A DNA stretch of 64,000 nt from Acholeplasma sp. (GTDB lineage: Bacteria > Bacillota_I > Bacilli_A > Acholeplasmatales > UBA5453): contig JAVBWN010000012.1 of the NCBI GenBank assembly GCA_036677365.1, positions 128,001 through 192,000 on the forward strand, in the 5' to 3' direction. The notes beneath the pieces were generated by a model. It had not been told where the DNA came from, searched no databases, and saw nothing but the letters and a program-made list of their open reading frames with translations. This document shows, in pieces, positions 20,151 through 29,582 of this stretch; within the stretch, counting starts at the first letter, position 1, and each line of letters starts with the position of its first letter. Made by a program: the position numbers and the translations under genes.

Positions 20151-21680
20151 TTATTCCCACTCAATCGTGCCAGGTGGCTTAGAGGTGATGTCATAAACCA
20201 CACGTCCAACGCCTTTGACCTCATTGGTAATTCTTGAGGATACTTTGGATAATACATCGTAAGGGATGTGGGCGAAATCCGCGGTCATCCCGTCTATGGA
20301 TGTCACTGCACGAATTGCCAACACATATTCATAACTGCGGTTATCGCCTTTGACACCCACCGTTTTAATGGGTGTTAATACCGTGAAGTATTGCCACACG
20401 GATTGGTTCAAACCGTGGGCTAAGAACTCATCTCTTAAGATTTGATCGCTGTCAGCGACGATCTTCAATTTTTCTTCTGTGACGTCCCCTATGATTCTAA
20501 TGGATAACCCAGGACCCGGGAATGGTTGTCTTTGAACCAAAGCTTCTGGTAATCCTAGCGCTTGACCAAGCTTTCTAACTTCATCTTTAAACAAGGTATT
20601 TAAAGGTTCAATCAGCTTTAGATTCATCTCTTTGGGTAACCCACCCACATTGTGGTGAGACTTAATCGTTTTCGCATGCTTGGTCCCAGATTCAATCAAA
20701 TCGGTATATAATGTGCCTTGTGCAAGAAAAGTTGCGTTCTTTAATTTCTTGGTTTCAGCTTCAAAGACTTCAATGAAAGTCTTACCAATGATTTTTCGCT
20801 TATCTTCGGGATTTTCTACCCCTTTGAGTTTTTCTAAGAATAGTCCTTTCGCATCCACAACCACCAAATTCAAATCGAAGTTGTGGGTAAAATAGTCAGA
20901 CACTTCACGGCCTTCGTTTTTTCTGAGTAAACCATGGTCTACAAAGATACAAGTGAGTTGTTTACCGATGGCTTTATCGAGTAAGGCAGCAGCCACACTC
21001 GAGTCCACGCCACCGGATAAACCAAGGATGACTTGTTGGTCTAAAACAGTATTTCTAATCTTTTGAACTTGTTCATCGATGAAGGTATCCATTGTCGAGT
21101 TACGATGGGCTTTTGTCAATTTTACAAAGTTTTCTAACATCCACATCCCGTGTTCGGTATGGGTCACTTCCGGGTGAAATTGAATCCCAAACAACGGTTT
21201 GAACATGTGTTTCATCATGACATGAGGTGTCGATGTGCTTTGTGCGGTGGATTCAAAAAATGCGGGTAATACTTTGACTTGATCCCCATGGCTCATCCAT
21301 ACCGATGTGGTTTGTCCTAACCCTTCGATTAAAGGGTTTTTAGCGGTGAGTTCAATCGTGGTTTTACCAAATTCATGATGCTTACTACCTTCGACATACC
21401 CACCCAAACGGTGTGCCATCAGTTGCATCCCATAACAAATCCCTAAGATAGGGATATTTAAATCAAACAGCCCTTTTGGTACTGAAAAACTATCAGCGTC
21501 ATACACCGAGTGTGGACCACCCGATAAGATGATGCCTTTAAGATGAGTATCTTGTTTGAGTATTTCTAAATCGATGTCGTGTGGGACGAGTTCGCTGTAT
21601 ACGCCAAGTTCGCGAATGCGTCTGACAATCAGTTGATTGTATTGACTACCAAAGTCTAAAACAATGATTTTATCAGTCAT
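20151..21680 (-). CDS. guaA: GMP synthase (glutamine-hydrolysing)
   Basis: 'DFGSQY', 'GICYGMQ', 'QFHPEV', 'SGGVDS', '[11 protein letters not shown]', '[10 protein letters not shown]'. Confidence 0.98.
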   Translation of the reverse strand: MTDKIIVLDFGSQYNQLIVRRIRELGVYSELVPHDIDLEILKQDTHLKGIILSGGPHSVYDADSFSVPKGLFDLNIPILGICYGMQLMAHRLGGYVEGSKHHEFGKTTIELTAKNPLIEGLGQTTSVWMSHGDQVKVLPAFFESTAQSTSTPHVMMKHMFKPLFGIQFHPEVTHTEHGMWMLENFVKLTKAHRNSTMDTFIDEQVQKIRNTVLDQQVILGLSGGVDSSVAAALLDKAIGKQLTCIFVDHGLLRKNEGREVSDYFTHNFDLNLVVVDAKGLFLEKLKGVENPEDKRKIIGKTFIEVFEAETKKLKNATFLAQGTLYTDLIESGTKHAKTIKSHHNVGGLPKEMNLKLIEPLNTLFKDEVRKLGQALGLPEALVQRQPFPGPGLSIRIIGDVTEEKLKIVADSDQILRDEFLAHGLNQSVWQYFTVLTPIKTVGVKGDNRSYEYVLAIRAVTSIDGMTADFAHIPYDVLSKVSSRITNEVKGVGRVVYDITSKPPGTIEWE

Positions 21681-22800
21681 GGTAGTTTGGGGATGCTTTC
21701 ATGTGTTTTACATCGTGGGGATGGGATTCTTTCAATCCAGCATGGGTAATTTTCATAAATCTGGCGTATAGTTTCATGTCTTCAATGGTTTTACACCCAC
21801 AATAACCCATCCCTGAACGTAAGCCACCCATCATTTGATAAATCACATCATGGATAGGACCTTTATAAGGGACACAAGCTTCAATGCCTTCAGGCACCAA
21901 CTTGTTGAGTTCTTTGACCCCACCTTGGAAGTAGCGGTCAGAAGACCCTCGTTGCATGGCGGTTAAAGACCCCATGCCAATGTAGGTTTTGTATTTTAAA
22001 CCATCTTTTTCAAATACCTCACCAGGGGATTCACTACAGCCAGCGAGTAAACTGCCCATCATCACACAGTCAGCACCTGCAGCGAGTGCTTTCGGGATGT
22101 CACCAGAAAGCTTAATCCCACCATCAGCGATGATCCCAACTTTATATTGTTTCGCAACCGAATACACATCGTTGATAGCGGATAGTTGTGGGACACCTAC
22201 TCCGGCAACCACACGGGTGGTACAAATCGACCCTGGACCAACCCCCACTTTTAAACAGGTTGCGCCAGCATAGATGAGGTCGATGGCTGCTTGTGCAGTG
22301 ACTATGTTCCCACCAATGATGTCTAAATCTGGGTATTTGTGACGTATCGATTTGATGGTTTCAATCACGCCTTTAGAATGACCGTGGGCTGAATCTACCG
22401 CGATGATATCGACCCCTGCAGATACCAACGCATCGATGCGTTCTAAGGTATTCTTAGATACACCCACCGCTGCCCCAACACGTAAACGACCCAATTCATC
22501 TTTGGTTGCGTCGGTTTCATTAAATGTGGCTGATTTAACCAGTTGTATTTCTTTGACTTGGTCTTCAATCGACATATTTTTATGTATGATGCCTAAGCCA
22601 CCCAGTTTCGCTAAAGCGATGGCCATCGTAGACTCTGTCACGGTGTCCATCGCTGCCGATAACACTGGGATGGCTAACGAGATCTTTTTAGTCAATTTCG
22701 TATCGAGTTTGACTTGAATCGGTACGACCTCAGAATATGATGGAACCAACAATAAATCATCAAATGTATAACCCTCAGCGGTTATTTTTTCTTTTAACAT
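21673..22800 (-). CDS. guaB: IMP dehydrogenase, short form lacking the CBS subdomain
   Basis: 'TFDDLLLVP', 'SAAMDTVTE', 'GPGSICTTR', 'ADGGI'. 375 aa, adjacent to guaA. Confidence 0.95.
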   Translation of the reverse strand: MLKEKITAEGYTFDDLLLVPSYSEVVPIQVKLDTKLTKKISLAIPVLSAAMDTVTESTMAIALAKLGGLGIIHKNMSIEDQVKEIQLVKSATFNETDATKDELGRLRVGAAVGVSKNTLERIDALVSAGVDIIAVDSAHGHSKGVIETIKSIRHKYPDLDIIGGNIVTAQAAIDLIYAGATCLKVGVGPGSICTTRVVAGVGVPQLSAINDVYSVAKQYKVGIIADGGIKLSGDIPKALAAGADCVMMGSLLAGCSESPGEVFEKDGLKYKTYIGMGSLTAMQRGSSDRYFQGGVKELNKLVPEGIEACVPYKGPIHDVIYQMMGGLRSGMGYCGCKTIEDMKLYARFMKITHAGLKESHPHDVKHMKASPNYHD

Positions 22801-22971
22801 GAACCCTATCCCCCTTATTTATCAGCCATTTTATCATAGATAAGGGTAAAATAACCCAGTAAAATTGTAAAATAAGGGCTTAAGCGGTTTCACTGGGATT
22901 GATGATTTCATGATTCGGTGTTACAATCAAAAAAGAAGTTCATCGATACTAAATAAAGAAGGTAATGAAAA

Positions 22972-23751
22972 ATGAATAGAAAAAATGTGTTATGGTTTTT
23001 GGGTTTACTATTGGCTTGGCTTTCTTACATCCCACTGGGGTTTCTGATTGTAGAAACCAACGCCTTTGGACAATTGTATGAAAGTTTAAATTTATCACAA
23101 TCCAGTTTACGTTATTACATCACAGAGAATGCGTTTGATATGGCATTTATGGGCATCTTAACGATTGGTTTATTCATCCTATTGATCAATCGTTTTAAAT
23201 ACACCCAGGCAGTTCACTTTAAAATAACAACCATCACTAAAGTGGTTGTTTTGAGTGCTGTGATGATTTCAATCTTAGGTATGGTCATTCAAGTGTTATT
23301 CGCAGGGTCTAACCATCCCTTACATGCCTATATTGGCGAATACATCAAACAATTGTTGTGGGTTGGGATGGTTGAAGAATTGATCTTTAGAGGGTATATA
23401 TTCATTGAACTATTGAAATTGAAATCCTCTAAGTTTAAGTTAATATATATCGTTTTAATATCGGCTTTTATGTTTTCTATCATTCATTTACCAGCCTATT
23501 TCTTATACAACAGCCAATATGATTTATTATCCATTGTTTGGAATTTGATTTTCCCATTTTCCATTGGGGTCTTATATGCGTATCTTTTATATATGAATAA
23601 TGACATCATTTCGCTCATCTTCATTCACACAACCTCAAACATGATTTCATATTACACTGGTATCATGGGTACGGTGTGGCTAGTATTATTTTGGGTGGGA
23701 TTGGGTTATTACACCTATCATTCATATAAAACATATCTTCAAAACAAATAA
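22972..23751 (+). CDS. CPBP (CAAX-type) intramembrane glutamic endopeptidase
   Basis: 'EELIFRG', 'FSIIH', 'IHTTSN' within a multi-transmembrane protein. Confidence 0.85.
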   Translation: MNRKNVLWFLGLLLAWLSYIPLGFLIVETNAFGQLYESLNLSQSSLRYYITENAFDMAFMGILTIGLFILLINRFKYTQAVHFKITTITKVVVLSAVMISILGMVIQVLFAGSNHPLHAYIGEYIKQLLWVGMVEELIFRGYIFIELLKLKSSKFKLIYIVLISAFMFSIIHLPAYFLYNSQYDLLSIVWNLIFPFSIGVLYAYLLYMNNDIISLIFIHTTSNMISYYTGIMGTVWLVLFWVGLGYYTYHSYKTYLQNK

Positions 23752-23800
23752 AGAAGTGCTACTACAGAACAGCATAAGTCAACGATTAGGATATAAAAAT

Positions 23801-23862
23801 AAAAAAACAGAAGCAGTAATCTGGCCTTCTGTTTTTTGAAACTCGATATGAGTTTTCAGGAC
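23801..23862 (-). ncRNA. Putative small RNA (antitoxin-like), copy downstream of the Abi/HEPN gene
   Basis: Own promoter TTGCAT-17-TATAAT (23897-23869). Predicted RNA GUCCUGAAAACUCAUAUCGAGUUUCAAAAAACAGAAGGCCAGAUUACUGCUUCUGUUUUUUU has two hairpins, the second terminator-like. Second copy at 24893-24954. Confidence 0.65.
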
Positions 23863-23868
23863 ATGATT

Positions 23869-23897
23869 ATTATATCACGAGGAATTTTTGTATGCAA
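23869..23897 (-). promoter_or_regulatory. Sigma-70 promoter of the downstream sRNA copy
   Basis: TTGCAT-N17-TATAAT with extended TG, beginning just after the abi stop codon. Confidence 0.75.
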
Positions 23898-23903
23898 AAC
23901 AAA

Positions 23904-24845
23904 TTACTTGAAAGTTGACTGAACAGTTTTACAATCAGATGATAAACCTAAGCTTAGCAACAGTGAGTTAACATTCACTGATCCTTTCTTATTGTAATGA
24001 GCAATCTCTAGTATATTTCGCATTATCGACTTAAAAAAAGTTATATTATCTTGCAACAAGTACGAACAATGGGCAATAGTAGCGAATAATGAAACTTTAT
24101 TTTTATTGAGAATAAAGTGCGGATTGTAAATGTATGGATGAAATTTTGAATTGGAGATTTTTTTCCCCTTTAAAGTATCAAAATCAAGAATAAACTCACC
24201 ATGTGCACAGGCATTTCTCAAGTAGTTTAGCTTCTCTACCACATTATTGAATTCAGAGATTTTTAAATCAAAACTGTTTACAATGCGCTCTTTAATGTCT
24301 TTATTTAGTAACTTGAAAAAGGTCCTAATTTGTCCGAATGTTAAATAGTGAGCAATTACGAATGGTGGCACAGATTCAATGGTAGAAAAATGATATTTAG
24401 CATCTAAATTTTTTTTCTTTTTCGCATAGACTGTCCAGCATTCATCAATAAAAGCAGTTTTTACCGCATTACGATCTTCATCAGTGCCTGTATTAGGGTA
24501 GTCAAAGACATCTACAATAAATGAGTTTATTGTAAAATATGCATAACCATTATCTTTACAATAATATGAATACTCATCTGCAATTTTGTTTCTGATAATT
24601 CTCTCACATCTAAGCACTAACAATAAGACTTCTTTAGAAATTTTTTCATTGGTTTCCTCTAGCCACTTGTAATCTTGAACGGTAAAGAAGGCTAATTTAC
24701 CATCGTGAAAAAGATATTTCTCATAGTTATGGTTAATTAGGTAATAGCTGGTTGTTTTCAAATAAGCTTCAATTTCTTTCTTAGTTGAAATACAACCTTT
24801 TTCAATTTGTCGATTTACTTGTCCTTCTAAAGTTAATGGCTCCAT
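23904..24845 (-). CDS. Abi-like protein (Abi_2/AbiD/AbiF family, HEPN RNase)
   Basis: N-terminal 'LTLEGQV..QIEKG...LKTTSYY', 'PPFVIAHYLTFGQ', and HEPN motif 'LRNACAH'. GAGGTG RBS. AT-rich. Confidence 0.85.
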   Translation of the reverse strand: MEPLTLEGQVNRQIEKGCISTKKEIEAYLKTTSYYLINHNYEKYLFHDGKLAFFTVQDYKWLEETNEKISKEVLLLVLRCERIIRNKIADEYSYYCKDNGYAYFTINSFIVDVFDYPNTGTDEDRNAVKTAFIDECWTVYAKKKKNLDAKYHFSTIESVPPFVIAHYLTFGQIRTFFKLLNKDIKERIVNSFDLKISEFNNVVEKLNYLRNACAHGEFILDFDTLKGKKISNSKFHPYIYNPHFILNKNKVSLFATIAHCSYLLQDNITFFKSIMRNILEIAHYNKKGSVNVNSLLLSLGLSSDCKTVQSTFK

Positions 24846-24892
24846 ATGTTCACACCTCTAAAGTTTATATATTAGGTATATTATAACATAAT

Positions 24893-24954
24893 AAAAAAAA
24901 CAGAAGCAGTAATCTGGCCTTCTGTTTTTTGAAACCATCAATCGGTTTCAGGAC
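24893..24954 (-). ncRNA. Putative small RNA (antitoxin-like), copy upstream of the Abi/HEPN gene
   Basis: Own promoter TTGACT-17-TATTAT (24990-24962). Predicted RNA GUCCUGAAACCGAUUGAUGGUUUCAAAAAACAGAAGGCCAGAUUACUGCUUCUGUUUUUUUU shares a 42-nt identical core with 23801-23842. Confidence 0.7.
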
Positions 24955-24961
24955 ATAATCA

Positions 24962-24990
24962 ATAATACCATAACGTGATTTTGTAGTCAA
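24962..24990 (-). promoter_or_regulatory. Sigma-70 promoter of the upstream sRNA / abi operon
   Basis: TTGACT-N17-TATTAT with extended TG. Confidence 0.7.
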
Positions 24991-25129
24991 TCCATTTTAG
25001 AACAAACTAAAAAAAATGCAAAATTGTAGAATAAGTATAATCTATATTCTATGAAAAGCGTATAAGATAGAATAATACAATGATTATTCGTTTATTTTCT
25101 AGTATAATGATATAGTGAAGGTGAAAGAA

Positions 25130-26278
25130 ATGGATAAATTTGTAAGTTACGAAAAACGATTCTATAACCCTGAATTTACGGATACAAAGTTAGCGAAAAG
25201 AAAAAGAATGATGACAGATAAGCCTTATCTAAGTGCTACTATTAAGGATTTATCCCAAATAAAGATAGAAATCAGTCAAGAAACACAAGATTTGTTACTA
25301 GACTCGGTAGAAGGTTTAGCAAGACTTGATGGATATGTTCATCATTATCGAGATTTAATTTCTATGGTCATGCTAAGAGCTGAAGCTTTATCTAGTTCAC
25401 AAATAGAACATTATAGTGCCTCTAATCGAAGCGTGGCATTGGCACAAATTCACAAAAAGCAATCCACAGAAGCCATGATCATCAAATCCAACTTAGAGTC
25501 TTTGATTTTAGGTATTTCATCAAAAGAACCACTAGATACAAGTAAAATCATCCAATTGAATCAAACACTTTTAAAAAATCCAACCATGGACGTGCGTACC
25601 CGAATCAATTGGATTGGGACACCCAATTCTATACCCCATGAAGCAACCTATGTGCCACCACACCCTGAGCATCTTAATTTGTTTATGAGTCAGTTCATAG
25701 CTTTTTGTAATAGAAATGACATGCACCCATTGATTCAGTCAGCTATAGCTCATGCCTATTTTGAACTCATTCATCCATTCGAAGATGGAAATGGTCGTGT
25801 TGGCAGAATACTCATTCAGTGTTTATTAAGAGAAAAGCAGTTTTTAGAATTTCTTTCAATGCCATTTTCTGTAGGGATTGTTCATGATCAAGTCAGGTAC
25901 ATTCAAGCACTAAATGATTTTAAAGAAGGCAATTATGAGACCATCATTATTGTGCTATTAGAAAACACATTATACCTCGTACCCAAAGTGTATGATACAC
26001 TAGAAAAACTCATAAAACTCAAACAAAACTGGAAAGCCAAATTGAACATTCGACAAGATGCCCTAGCATGGAAAATACTGGATGATTTGATTGCACAACC
26101 CGTCATTGATGTAAAATATATTAGAGAAAAACACCAAGCCAATGATCAAGCTGTCAGAAATAACATACAAACGCTTGTGAATGTAGGTATCTTAAACATC
26201 ATAGGTAACGATAGTCGTGATGTTGCTTATGAATCCATTGAGGTATTGGATTTATTAGACCAATTCTCTAAAAAATAA
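25130..26278 (+). CDS. Fic family protein (probable AMP-transferase) with C-terminal HTH-like region
   Basis: Canonical HPFEDGNGRVGR. N-terminal 'SSQIEH' resembles the (S/T)xxxE(G/N) autoinhibitory helix. Confidence 0.9.
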   Translation: MDKFVSYEKRFYNPEFTDTKLAKRKRMMTDKPYLSATIKDLSQIKIEISQETQDLLLDSVEGLARLDGYVHHYRDLISMVMLRAEALSSSQIEHYSASNRSVALAQIHKKQSTEAMIIKSNLESLILGISSKEPLDTSKIIQLNQTLLKNPTMDVRTRINWIGTPNSIPHEATYVPPHPEHLNLFMSQFIAFCNRNDMHPLIQSAIAHAYFELIHPFEDGNGRVGRILIQCLLREKQFLEFLSMPFSVGIVHDQVRYIQALNDFKEGNYETIIIVLLENTLYLVPKVYDTLEKLIKLKQNWKAKLNIRQDALAWKILDDLIAQPVIDVKYIREKHQANDQAVRNNIQTLVNVGILNIIGNDSRDVAYESIEVLDLLDQFSKK

Positions 26279-26362
26279 ATCAGAACCTGTCATTTAGCGA
26301 AGTATTCTCACCAATAAATAAAAGCATTTTATCGTATATTATATGTAAGAAAGGATGACATC

Positions 26363-28621
26363 ATGAAAAGAGTATGGATTTTCTTTATCCTAATGATGAG
26401 CATAGTGAGCATGTATGGTCACTTTTTTAGTCATGAAGCTCATGATGTGAACACCTTCACCTTGTTATATGAGACCACGGATTTATCAGAACTCGATGGG
26501 TATATTCAAACCCATGATATGGTTATCCAAGATTATGATGGTAGAATCGCTGAAATTATGTATACAGGGACTGCTATAGATAAACTCATTGAAGATGGTT
26601 TCGTGTATGAGGGAATTTATTCAACTCAAAACCCACCATGGGTTAAACCCATCGTCAATGACCCTTATTTTCCAAATCAATATGCTTTAAAACTAACCAA
26701 TACCGACGATGCTTGGGGTATTACTACGGGTTCAAGTGCGGTTACTGTCGCCATCATCGATACAGGCATTGATGTCGATCACCCGGAATTTACAGGTAGA
26801 GTATCTGAATTATCGTATAACGCTGTTACCCAAATGGTTGGCTTAGAAGCGGTAGAAGATGATCAAGGCCACGGAACCATGGTGGCAGGTGTCATCGGTG
26901 CGAATTCAAACAACAGCACAGGGGTTGCTGGGGTAACCAATGCTGTACAGTTGATGGTTATCAAAGCCAATGAAGCGGGTGAGGATACGTTTAAAGATTC
27001 TGACATCATTCGAGGGATCTATTATGCCGTGGACAATGGTGCAGACATCATCAACTTATCCATAGGTAGCACTTATGCGAACCCACTCACCAAAAAAGCA
27101 TTAGATTACGCACTAGAAAAGAATGTCCTAGTTGTCGCTTCATCCGGTAATGATGGTGAAAACATCAAGATATACCCAGCCTCCTTTGACACAGTCATTT
27201 CAGTGGGGTCTGTCGATCAATATTCAAATCTATCCTCATTTTCCAATTATAACGATAAAGTCGATGTGGTCGCCCCAGGTAGCGGGATTGTAACGACCAA
27301 CCGTGCGAATACATATTCAACCGTTAACGGAACATCCTTTTCAAGTCCTTATGTGGCGGGGATCGCTGCTTTATACAAGAGTTTACACCCAGAAGCAACC
27401 GTAGCTCATTTAACCGATGTCATCACATCCACGGCCAAAGATTTGGGTACCACCGGGTATGATATCCAATATGGTCATGGCTTAATTGATGCTTTAGCGA
27501 TGGTCTCACTTTCTTATATCCAAGTGACTGTGGATTACCCACTCGATATTCCTAGCAGTTATTATTACGTGACCTCAGGTGGTACCATCAGTATTGAAAG
27601 ACCACCGGTCATCGATTACTATGAGTTTGTTGGTTGGTACTTAGATGAAGCTTATCAAATCCCATATGAATCTACCTATGCTTTTACAACGAATACCACG
27701 ATCTATGCGTATTATCGTAAAACCCATGGGGTCATCACTTGGGTGATTGATGAACAAATCGTATCCACAGAAACCCTTTCGTTAGGGTCACTACCAACAC
27801 CACCCGATACCAATTTACCAGGTGTCACATTCTATGGCTGGTATTTGGATGAAGCCTATACCCAGCCCGTCACAGACTTCATGGTAACGGATGATCAAAC
27901 CTATTATGGGTATTATCAAGTTCAATATTTTGAACTACAATACCTCGCAGAAGACCATACCACCCTATTGTCCATCATTCAGTATTCTAGTATTGAACCC
28001 ATCGAATGGATGGCGGGTCCTGAAAAACCTTCGGATTTATATTATAATTACACATTCATCGGTTGGACAGAAGCGGTTCTATATGAATCCGAAATTGTGT
28101 ATGTCTATCCTATCTATAAAAAAGTCTTGAAGCCCGATTTGTCAGGGTTAAACCCTGGGGTAGATACCATCATTGAAGGACAAACTTATATCGATACAGG
28201 GATCTTTGTTTTAGTTGAGGGTTTAACCGTTCAAACGGTGGGTTCGATTGATTCGACTGAAGTTGGGGTTCAAACCTTGACTTATGAGATATACGACGGT
28301 GAAACCCTGGTGTATACCTTAATCCGAAAGATTCGAGTATTGACCGATAATCGATTGGTGGTTACCCTCAATAAAGCGATCACGACTTTATATGTCGGTG
28401 ATGATTATGTGGACCGAGGGGTCACCTATAATAAAGGTATCTTGGTCAAAACAGGTGAAGTCGACATCTCTAAAACAGGCATATATAAAATCACCTACAC
28501 CGTCACGTATCGTGACCAAGTGGTGGTAAAATCAAGGTATGTCATCGTGCTCGCTAGAGAAATCGAAACCCCTGTAGGCTATATACCGAGTAGAAAAGAG
28601 GATGACATCAATGAAAGCTAA
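26363..28621 (+). CDS. Secreted S8 subtilisin-like serine protease with InlB-B and DUF5011 repeats
   Basis: Catalytic motifs IIDTG, HGTMVAG, GTSFSSP. 'F.GWYLD' repeats. Signal peptide. Confidence 0.92.
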   Translation: MKRVWIFFILMMSIVSMYGHFFSHEAHDVNTFTLLYETTDLSELDGYIQTHDMVIQDYDGRIAEIMYTGTAIDKLIEDGFVYEGIYSTQNPPWVKPIVNDPYFPNQYALKLTNTDDAWGITTGSSAVTVAIIDTGIDVDHPEFTGRVSELSYNAVTQMVGLEAVEDDQGHGTMVAGVIGANSNNSTGVAGVTNAVQLMVIKANEAGEDTFKDSDIIRGIYYAVDNGADIINLSIGSTYANPLTKKALDYALEKNVLVVASSGNDGENIKIYPASFDTVISVGSVDQYSNLSSFSNYNDKVDVVAPGSGIVTTNRANTYSTVNGTSFSSPYVAGIAALYKSLHPEATVAHLTDVITSTAKDLGTTGYDIQYGHGLIDALAMVSLSYIQVTVDYPLDIPSSYYYVTSGGTISIERPPVIDYYEFVGWYLDEAYQIPYESTYAFTTNTTIYAYYRKTHGVITWVIDEQIVSTETLSLGSLPTPPDTNLPGVTFYGWYLDEAYTQPVTDFMVTDDQTYYGYYQVQYFELQYLAEDHTTLLSIIQYSSIEPIEWMAGPEKPSDLYYNYTFIGWTEAVLYESEIVYVYPIYKKVLKPDLSGLNPGVDTIIEGQTYIDTGIFVLVEGLTVQTVGSIDSTEVGVQTLTYEIYDGETLVYTLIRKIRVLTDNRLVVTLNKAITTLYVGDDYVDRGVTYNKGILVKTGEVDISKTGIYKITYTVTYRDQVVVKSRYVIVLAREIETPVGYIPSRKEDDINES

Positions 28622-29144
28622 ACTTCTGTTAATCCTCCTTGCTTTATTGTTTGTTTTGACTGCCTGTGGGGAAGTAGACCCAGATCAAATCCGGTTTGAA
28701 CTCACTCCAGGGGTAGACACGGTTGAAATCAATTCAACTTTTGAAGATGCTGGTGTGAGGGCTTCTTACTTTGGGTTACCAATCCAAGTGGAAATCATCG
28801 AAAACACCGTGGATATGAGTGCCATCGGTCAATATCAAATTACGTATCAAATCGATTATCGTGGAATCATTAAAACTTTAACCAGAGTCGTGTTTGTGGT
28901 CGATGAAACCGCACCAATAGGGATACTCAACCCAGGCATCGATACCGTGGTTGTTGGTAATACTTGGACAGACGCCTTTATATCTGCCAGCGACAATTCA
29001 AACGAGGTAGTTTTAATCACAGTAACGGGTTTTGTCAACACAAACTTCGTGGGGAGTTACATGATCACATACACCTTAGAAGATACCTCGGGTAACCAGT
29101 CCATTTATTATCGCTGGGTCTATGTGATGGAAAATATCAACTAA
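28611..29144 (+). CDS. Lipoprotein with two DUF5011/Ig-like domains
   Basis: Lipobox LTAC and 'PGVDTV...G.Y.ITY...D.SGN' repeats. Confidence 0.8.
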   Translation: MKAKLLLILLALLFVLTACGEVDPDQIRFELTPGVDTVEINSTFEDAGVRASYFGLPIQVEIIENTVDMSAIGQYQITYQIDYRGIIKTLTRVVFVVDETAPIGILNPGIDTVVVGNTWTDAFISASDNSNEVVLITVTGFVNTNFVGSYMITYTLEDTSGNQSIYYRWVYVMENIN

Positions 29145-29201
29145 AGGCACTGAAAAGTGCTTTTTTCTTGATTAATAGCACTATGGGTGTTATTATATGA
29201 A

Positions 29202-29223
29202 TATATGAACAGACATTCATATA
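29202..29223 (+). promoter_or_regulatory. ArsR/SmtB operator
   Basis: TATATGAA-cagaca-TTCATATA inverted repeat between the promoter and RBS of the ArsR gene, matching SmtB/CzrA boxes. Confidence 0.85.
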
Positions 29224-29237
29224 ATAGGAGGTAACCC

Positions 29238-29582
29238 ATGGAACATCAAAATTGTGGACACGATGTCATCATCAAAGACATCCAACAAAACATCATTCAA
29301 GATACCGACCTCTATTTAATGGTCGATTTATTCAAAGTATTATCCGACCCCACCAGAATCAAGATATTATACGCCATATCGAAACATGAGATTTGTGTGA
29401 ATGACATCGCACAAATTTTAAACATGACTCAAAGCGCAGTATCACACCAACTCAAAAACCTCAAACAAGCCGCGTTGATCAAAAGCAGAAGAGAAGGTCA
29501 AACCATTTATTACCGGTTGAGTGATGACCATGTGCATTTGATCTTCAATCAAGCTTTAGATCACATCCAGGAGTTCAAATGA
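29238..29582 (+). CDS. ArsR/SmtB family metal-sensing repressor (alpha5 site, CzrA/ZiaR-like)
   Basis: 'FKVLSDPTRIKIL', 'SAVSHQL', and alpha5 'DDH-x10-H-x2-E'. Confidence 0.92.
   Translation: MEHQNCGHDVIIKDIQQNIIQDTDLYLMVDLFKVLSDPTRIKILYAISKHEICVNDIAQILNMTQSAVSHQLKNLKQAALIKSRREGQTIYYRLSDDHVHLIFNQALDHIQEFK

Noticed and set aside
21673..22800. Short guaB as a truncated pseudogene
   Set aside because: All catalytic motifs are present. Only the dispensable CBS subdomain is missing, which is a known natural variant.
22880..22893. cre-like TTAAGCGGTTTCAC between guaB and the CPBP gene
   Set aside because: Imperfect match with non-catabolic neighbours, and could arise by chance.
22801..22971. Purine riboswitch upstream of guaB
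   Set aside because: A -10 (TG-a-TAAAAT) lies only about 30 nt from the start, and no purine aptamer core was found.
23801..24956. Repeats as a CRISPR array (plus strand reads hairpin then TTGAAAC, like some CRISPR repeat ends)
   Set aside because: Only two copies, 1.09 kb apart, with a gene between them. No spacers or cas genes, and the promoters point to minus-strand transcription.
23801..24956. Repeats as IS ends or a target-site duplication
   Set aside because: No transposase. The copies have separate promoters and structure-preserving differences. The left copy may additionally terminate the CPBP gene.
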